NCBI GenBank assembly: GCA_030699125.1
Contig: JAUYKM010000011.1
Coordinates: 36,937-100,936, forward strand
Direction of reading: 5' to 3'
Length of the DNA stretch: 64,000 bases
Source: Candidatus Daviesbacteria bacterium
GTDB lineage: Bacteria; Patescibacteriota; Microgenomatia; Daviesbacterales; UBA10151
The notes under the pieces were generated by a model. It saw only the letters and a list, made by a program, of their open reading frames with translations. It was not told where the DNA came from and did no database searches. This document shows, piece by piece, positions 59,272 to 64,000 of this stretch (position 1 is its first letter; every line of letters begins with the position of its first letter). Position numbers and translations under genes: made by a program.

Positions 59272-60434
59272 TGAGTCAATATAGTCCTGTTGATCGACTG
59301 TTCGGCGACAATGATCAAGAGTATTTTATTAATAGGTATGTTCATGAGGTAGTAGGTTCTTCAGACTATATAAAGAAAAGAAGAGCATATCCTTTATTAT
59401 CATCTTTATCAAAGAGAGTAGAAGAATTAACTCGTAGAAGTCAGAACCAGTTAGTAATAACTGTATACAACCGTGCCTTAGAAGCTCTTTATAGTCAAGT
59501 TTGTACTCCCGATAGGGTTTTGGTAAGTGTTGATAAAAGGCCTCTTTGGAGGCTGGTTAACTTAAGGCAAGTTACAAATGAGGAATTTGATACCCAATGG
59601 AGCGAGATTATAACTCAAATACCAAGAAGGCTACATGAGTTAACGCCATCAATGTTACCAGTTATTCCGGATTATTTTCTCACAAAGGACGATTTAAGGA
59701 ACTTATCTATTCCACACCCACTTACTCCAGTGGAGGACTCTTTGGAAGAGGCATATTACAGAAAACATTTTATTGTACCTCCAGAGGGTGCTCAAGTTTT
59801 CCTAAGGAATGGTGGAGATTTAGAAGGGTTTGTCTTAATGGAAAAAGATAATAACATTTGGGCTAAAGCTCAGACCACAAAAGGTGAATATATCATTCGC
59901 TTAAATCTCGATGATGCAACAATAGAGAGGCAAGAATTAGAAGGACAAGGAAGATTAATTCCTGAAAAGATGAATGATCTAACTAGAATGTTAGCATTAG
60001 TTTATAGAGATCTGGTAGTTTCAGAAGATGTGCTGTCACAAAGAAGGTCTAAAACTTTGAGAACTTCAGAAGAAACTAAAGAACAGGAACCCAAAAAGTA
60101 TGAATGGGTTTATATTCCCAGAAAAAGAAGAATTAAACCATTAATCAGATCTACCGATAAAGACAACGATCAGCATCATCGATCTCCAAGACCTCATAAA
60201 GTCTCCGGATTTAAGAGAAAAGGGGATATTACTGCTAAACATGAGATAGAGATTAGAGATTTTGAGAAGGAAACAGGTATAGCCATACTTAAAAATCTTC
60301 CTGAGGGTTACACATTTGTTAGACCACATGTTAGACCTAAAAATTCACTCGAAAGCGAATTAGCAAAATTACCGAAATTTATCAAAAGGAAAATTGAGGA
60401 AGATATTAAGGGGCCTATTACTATTCAACTCTAG
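59272..60434 (+). CDS. Hypothetical basic protein
   Basis: SD AAGGTGG 7 nt upstream of ATG 59272. The six-frame ORF extends to 59016, but that extension has a weaker start context. Confidence 0.4.
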
Positions 60435-60497
60435 AAATTATTTGGTCTACCTCTTCAAATGCCTCTTTGGCTGATTTTTATGCTATTTTTGGCAATT

Positions 60498-61961
60498 TTA
60501 CAATCTTATTGAGGTAACCTTATTTCCTCCATTTTCAGGGGGAAGGGAATTTTTATAAAATTCTCTTTCAGCTGCACTTATTTTTTGTAAGATCCTGGTA
60601 ATAAAGACCTTGGTATTGCCTTTTGTCAAAACATTAATGGAGCATTGTACATTATCCCAGAGTTTCTCATCCTGTTCACTCCAAAGACTTCTCAATTCTT
60701 CTGACTGCGCCTCTCCCTCCACCTTTCTAAAGGCCGATCTAAACATATCCTTAAGTTCGGCGGCCTGATATACCTTAAGTCTTTTGCCACCTTCGGGTGC
60801 GTCAGTAATCCTTTCGTCAGAAAAAAGCTCTTTTTGCAGAGTTTCGAAATGTAATCTTTTCTTGTCAAGAATAGTAGAGGTAATATAATTTAATAACTTA
60901 TTCTCCAGTCCGGTTCTGGGATTATCCTTAATTTGTTCAGTTGAGTTCGTTGGTTCTTCAGGCGGGTTAATTAACTGGATTTGAGCTTTTAGTAAATAAC
61001 CCTTATTGGTAGTTACCAGAATTGTTGGATGTTTAGGATCCCGCTCCAGTTTCTCACGCAGCCTGGAAATAGTTACTCTTATGGATGCTGGTTTTACGGA
61101 GCTGGTCTGTGACAGGAGATCCGGGTCAAATGGAGTTTGGGGATGTTTGTTAAATGATATTAATACTGCCTTCTCATTCCGGCTAAATCTCACGGGTCTC
61201 CTATCAAAGGAATTCCTTCCATTCTTTTGTTGATCTATGATGATCAGGGGTAATTGTCTTGCCAATTCCTTGAGGGTAAATCTTGTCTCCCCTTTTTGTT
61301 TTTCTTGAAGAGTATATTCTTTGTCCGGGGCAATCAATATACCTGCATCTTCTAAATTTTTATTAGTTCTTTTTTTGAGAGATTCTACTGCGGTTTTTGA
61401 TAAACTTAATTCCTGAGACATTTGCTCCAAAGTTAAGGATGGACCACTATTAAGCAACAGAATCATTCTCATCTGTTGCGCAGATGAGAATTGAACTTTC
61501 CTGCCATCGGGCAGTTGAATAGTTTTACCATCTGCAATGAGCATGGGAAAAATCGGTTCTTGAGCTGTTTTTATAGTCCCTAATATTTGGGTTGCTGCCT
61601 CTTTGGCAAATCTGGCTTGTTCGGGGCTCAGTCGATTGGATCTCTCCAATTGAGAGACTTGTTTAAGAGAGATCTCTAATTTAGATATCTGAGAAAGTCT
61701 TTCCCATAGGATATCTCTTTGTTTCTCCAGATAAGGTAAAGTTTGTGTTGCATATCTCTCAGAAGAGTTCCCTACTCTGATTGTTCTTGAGACTATCTCA
61801 AGAGGATCTTTAGTATGTTCGGGATTGAGTCCGGGTGGAAGTTGGCTGTTATCTCTAAGCCTTCCTAAAGTAGCATCCTTTCTGCCTAAGGCAGATTGAT
61901 ATTGATCATATTTTCTCTCCAGCTGCTTTTTGGGTAAAGAAAACAATTCCTGCTCTTTCAT
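60498..61961 (-). CDS. DNA-binding protein with C-terminal-type OmpR/PhoB winged helix (no receiver domain) plus additional HTH
   Basis: SIRVTISRLREKLERDPKHPTILVTTNKGYLL matches the OmpR trans_reg_C consensus. Confidence 0.5.
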   Translation of the reverse strand: MKEQELFSLPKKQLERKYDQYQSALGRKDATLGRLRDNSQLPPGLNPEHTKDPLEIVSRTIRVGNSSERYATQTLPYLEKQRDILWERLSQISKLEISLKQVSQLERSNRLSPEQARFAKEAATQILGTIKTAQEPIFPMLIADGKTIQLPDGRKVQFSSAQQMRMILLLNSGPSLTLEQMSQELSLSKTAVESLKKRTNKNLEDAGILIAPDKEYTLQEKQKGETRFTLKELARQLPLIIIDQQKNGRNSFDRRPVRFSRNEKAVLISFNKHPQTPFDPDLLSQTSSVKPASIRVTISRLREKLERDPKHPTILVTTNKGYLLKAQIQLINPPEEPTNSTEQIKDNPRTGLENKLLNYITSTILDKKRLHFETLQKELFSDERITDAPEGGKRLKVYQAAELKDMFRSAFRKVEGEAQSEELRSLWSEQDEKLWDNVQCSINVLTKGNTKVFITRILQKISAAEREFYKNSLPPENGGNKVTSIRL

Positions 61962-61997
61962 ATGGTAGTTAGAGCTCGGATTATATCAACCTATAAA

Positions 61998-62690
61998 TTA
62001 AAAAGTCAACTTTCTTAAAGCTTCTTTGGCACCCTTTTCTTCTGCTTCCTGTTTGGAAGAGCCTTCCCCCCTCCCCATCTCTTTCCCTTCCAAATATACA
62101 CCCACCAAAAACTGCTTAGCATGGTCAGGGCCATAAGTTTTTAAAGTTTTATAAACGGGAGATTGTTTTAATTTTTCCTGAGCCAGTTCTTGCAAAGAAG
62201 ATTTGGCATCCTGAGGTGGGCCATGTTTGATTTCATCCTCAAATATAGGTAGAAGAATCCTATCCACCATTTTTTTGGCTCCTTCCATGCCTTGGTCTAA
62301 ATAAACTGCACCCAAAAGTGCCTCAAAAGTATTGGCCAGAAGCTGAGGATTTTCCCTTCCTCCTCCCATCTCCTCACCTTTAGAAAGTTTTAAATATTTG
62401 CCCAAATTCAACCTTTGAGCTGCCTGAGCCAGCGACTTTGTTTTGACAATGTAAGCTCTTAAATTGGTTAAATCCCCCTCAGCATCAGCCTCCCTTACCA
62501 AAAATAAATACTGTGATATTAAAAGAGATAAAACAGAATCCCCTAAAAACTCCAGCCTCTCATTGGATTTTAAAGGGGCCTTGACCTCATTTAAAAAAGA
62601 TCTGTGAATAAAGGCCTGACTAAGTAATTGGGTATTTTTAAAGCGGATCTGAAGAAATTTTAACAGGTTGGAAAAATCATCATTTGCCAT
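61998..62690 (-). CDS. rnc: Ribonuclease III
   Basis: ERLEFLGDSVLSL signature plus C-terminal dsRBD. Confidence 0.9.
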   Translation of the reverse strand: MANDDFSNLLKFLQIRFKNTQLLSQAFIHRSFLNEVKAPLKSNERLEFLGDSVLSLLISQYLFLVREADAEGDLTNLRAYIVKTKSLAQAAQRLNLGKYLKLSKGEEMGGGRENPQLLANTFEALLGAVYLDQGMEGAKKMVDRILLPIFEDEIKHGPPQDAKSSLQELAQEKLKQSPVYKTLKTYGPDHAKQFLVGVYLEGKEMGRGEGSSKQEAEEKGAKEALRKLTF

Positions 62691-62927
62691 CTAATCTATA
62701 AGATTATCCTCTACCAGGACAATCAAATCCTCAACTGTTTGTAGATCCTCCACCTGATCTGATTCAATGGTGATATCAAATTTTTGAGAAAGACTATTTA
62801 GCAAATCATTTAACTCAATGGGCCCCAGAGCCAAATCATCTCTTAAGCTAGCCCCGCGGTCTACATCCTCGGGGGAGATAGCCAGATGTTCAGCAATAGC
62901 TTTAATAATTTCTGCTTCTTTATTCAT
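62691..62927 (-). CDS. Acyl-carrier-protein-like small acidic protein, apparently lacking the phosphopantetheine-attachment Ser
   Basis: Aligns with ACP (ASLRDDLALGPIELNDL vs ASFVEDLGADSLDTVEL), but Pro replaces the Ser. acpP-rnc linkage is conserved. Confidence 0.45.
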   Translation of the reverse strand: MNKEAEIIKAIAEHLAISPEDVDRGASLRDDLALGPIELNDLLNSLSQKFDITIESDQVEDLQTVEDLIVLVEDNLID

Positions 62928-62993
62928 GTATTTTCTTTAGGTAATTTAATATTTAACTATTTGAGAAATTATGTCCAGTACCAAAATGAATCC

Positions 62994-63359
62994 TTATGTG
63001 ATGATATTTTCAATCTGAACAGCCTTTCCCAAGACTCCATTTACAAAGCCGGGTGAGGAATCCGATCCAAACTCCTTACCTAACTCCACTGCCTCATCAA
63101 TTACCACCTTGGGCGGGGTGTCTTTTTTTATTATTAACTCACAAACAGATAAACGCAAGATAGCCAAATCAATCTTATTTATTTTATCAATCGGTCTATC
63201 AGGTGCGCATTTGGCAATCAGAGAGTCAATGACGCCTAAGTTAGCAGTAATTTCTTGAATATAACTTTTAGCTTTACTCTTGATATGAAAGTTCCAAGAA
63301 AAAAGCTCTTGCATTATTTTAATGCGCTTCAAGTGTCTGGGATCAGATTTTCTCTTCAT
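62994..63359 (-). CDS. nusB: Transcription antitermination factor NusB
   Basis: VVIDEAVELGKEFGSDSSPGFVNGVLGK C-terminal NusB signature. Confidence 0.85.
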   Translation of the reverse strand: MKRKSDPRHLKRIKIMQELFSWNFHIKSKAKSYIQEITANLGVIDSLIAKCAPDRPIDKINKIDLAILRLSVCELIIKKDTPPKVVIDEAVELGKEFGSDSSPGFVNGVLGKAVQIENIIT

Positions 63360-63550
63360 GCTTTTGTGACTTGAGCTTTTTCTCCCCTGACTTTCTGACC
63401 ATTATAAAAGCCGCAACTGCCACAGACTATGTGGGGCAAAGTAGGTTTGCCACAATTTTTGCAAGCCACATATGATTGAGCTAAGCTTATACTAGCTCTT
63501 CTGACTCTTTTTCTTGATTTTGAGTGTCTTCTTTTAGGTTCTCCAGCCAT
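63356..63550 (-). CDS. rpmF: 50S ribosomal protein L32
   Basis: PKRRHSKSRKRVRRA...CKNCG...CGSCGFYNG. Confidence 0.85.
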   Translation of the reverse strand: MAGEPKRRHSKSRKRVRRASISLAQSYVACKNCGKPTLPHIVCGSCGFYNGQKVRGEKAQVTKA

Positions 63551-63559
63551 AGTTTTAGA

Positions 63560-64000
63560 CTAATCCGGCATAGCTTGTGCCGATAGCTCATCCAATTTTC
63601 GCTTGAGGAGCGGGTATTTGTCAAGAGTAGGATTAGTTTTAAGTAAATTTTGGGCAGCTAATTTGGTTTTCTCCAGTAATGTCAGGTTGGAAAATGAGGC
63701 TATTTTAAAATCAAACCTGCCTGATTGTTTTTTACCAAAAATTTCTCCTGATCCTCTTATTTTTAGATCCAGCTCAGCCAATTTGATCCCTTCATGAATT
63801 TTTTCTAAGTTTTTCAGCCGGCTGATGGATTGAGAATCTCTTAGTTCACTAAAAAGCAGACAATAAGATTGTTTATAACCTCTGCCTACCCTGCCCCTCA
63901 GCTGATGAAGTTGGGCTAAACCGAATCTTTCTGCTGATTCTATGACCATGATGGTGGCATTGGCAATATCCATCCCTACCTCTACAACAGAGGTTGATAC
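63560..64000 (-). CDS. recG: ATP-dependent DNA helicase RecG, C-terminal end (3' partial in window; gene continues beyond nt 64000)
   Basis: Helicase motif VI QLHQLRGRVGRG and the RecG-type C-terminal tail LDLKIRGSGEIFGKKQSGRFDFKIASF. Confidence 0.7.
   Translation of the reverse strand, partial: VSTSVVEVGMDIANATIMVIESAERFGLAQLHQLRGRVGRGYKQSYCLLFSELRDSQSISRLKNLEKIHEGIKLAELDLKIRGSGEIFGKKQSGRFDFKIASFSNLTLLEKTKLAAQNLLKTNPTLDKYPLLKRKLDELSAQAMPD

Overview
The window is AT-rich (about 38-40% GC), gene-dense and uses the standard genetic code (TGA is a stop, e.g. the efp/galU ATGA overlap). It has many small proteins and a ribosomal protein S16 with a low-complexity tail. By inference it is a Candidate Phyla Radiation (Patescibacteria)-like or similar reduced monoderm genome. 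The core content is housekeeping genes in small operons.

Genes identified:
- Near the start: pepN (3' end), efp, galU, lgt, a DksA/TraR zinc-finger protein, a GAF histidine kinase with a CheY-like regulator, an RluA-family pseudouridine synthase, a Kef-type antiporter, tgt, and an LCP-family protein.
- Mid-window: yebC, ruvC, xerD, gyrA, murD, murI, murC, gyrB, holB.
- Near the end: trmD, a KH-domain protein, rpsP, rnc, an ACP-like protein, nusB, rpmF, recG (3' end).
- A complete Gram-positive-style type IV pilus locus at 41.8-56.6 kb: pilB, pilT, pilC, pilD, pilM/N/O, about ten prepilin-like genes and no secretin.

Accessory content:
1. An insertion-scarred pepN-efp intergenic hotspot. It carries HicAB, a retropepsin-like protease with a wHTH protein, and duplicated gene-end fragments.
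2. A VapBC-like module inserted at the rpsP start, bracketed by a duplicated rpsP 5' fragment.
3. A tyrosine-recombinase islet with about 800 bp of non-coding DNA upstream.
4. A surface-protein cluster: a 1248-aa Cys-rich protein with a dockerin-like Ca-binding motif and a C-terminal HExxH segment, followed by two cohesin-like paralogs.

Most unusual: at least two families of short, GC-rich palindromic elements are dispersed through the window. Several are inserted in frame inside essential genes (murD, murC, holB, gyrA, tgt, yebC, a pseudouridine synthase, trmD and prepilin leaders), in the manner of Rickettsia palindromic elements. No rRNA, tRNA or CRISPR array was recognised.
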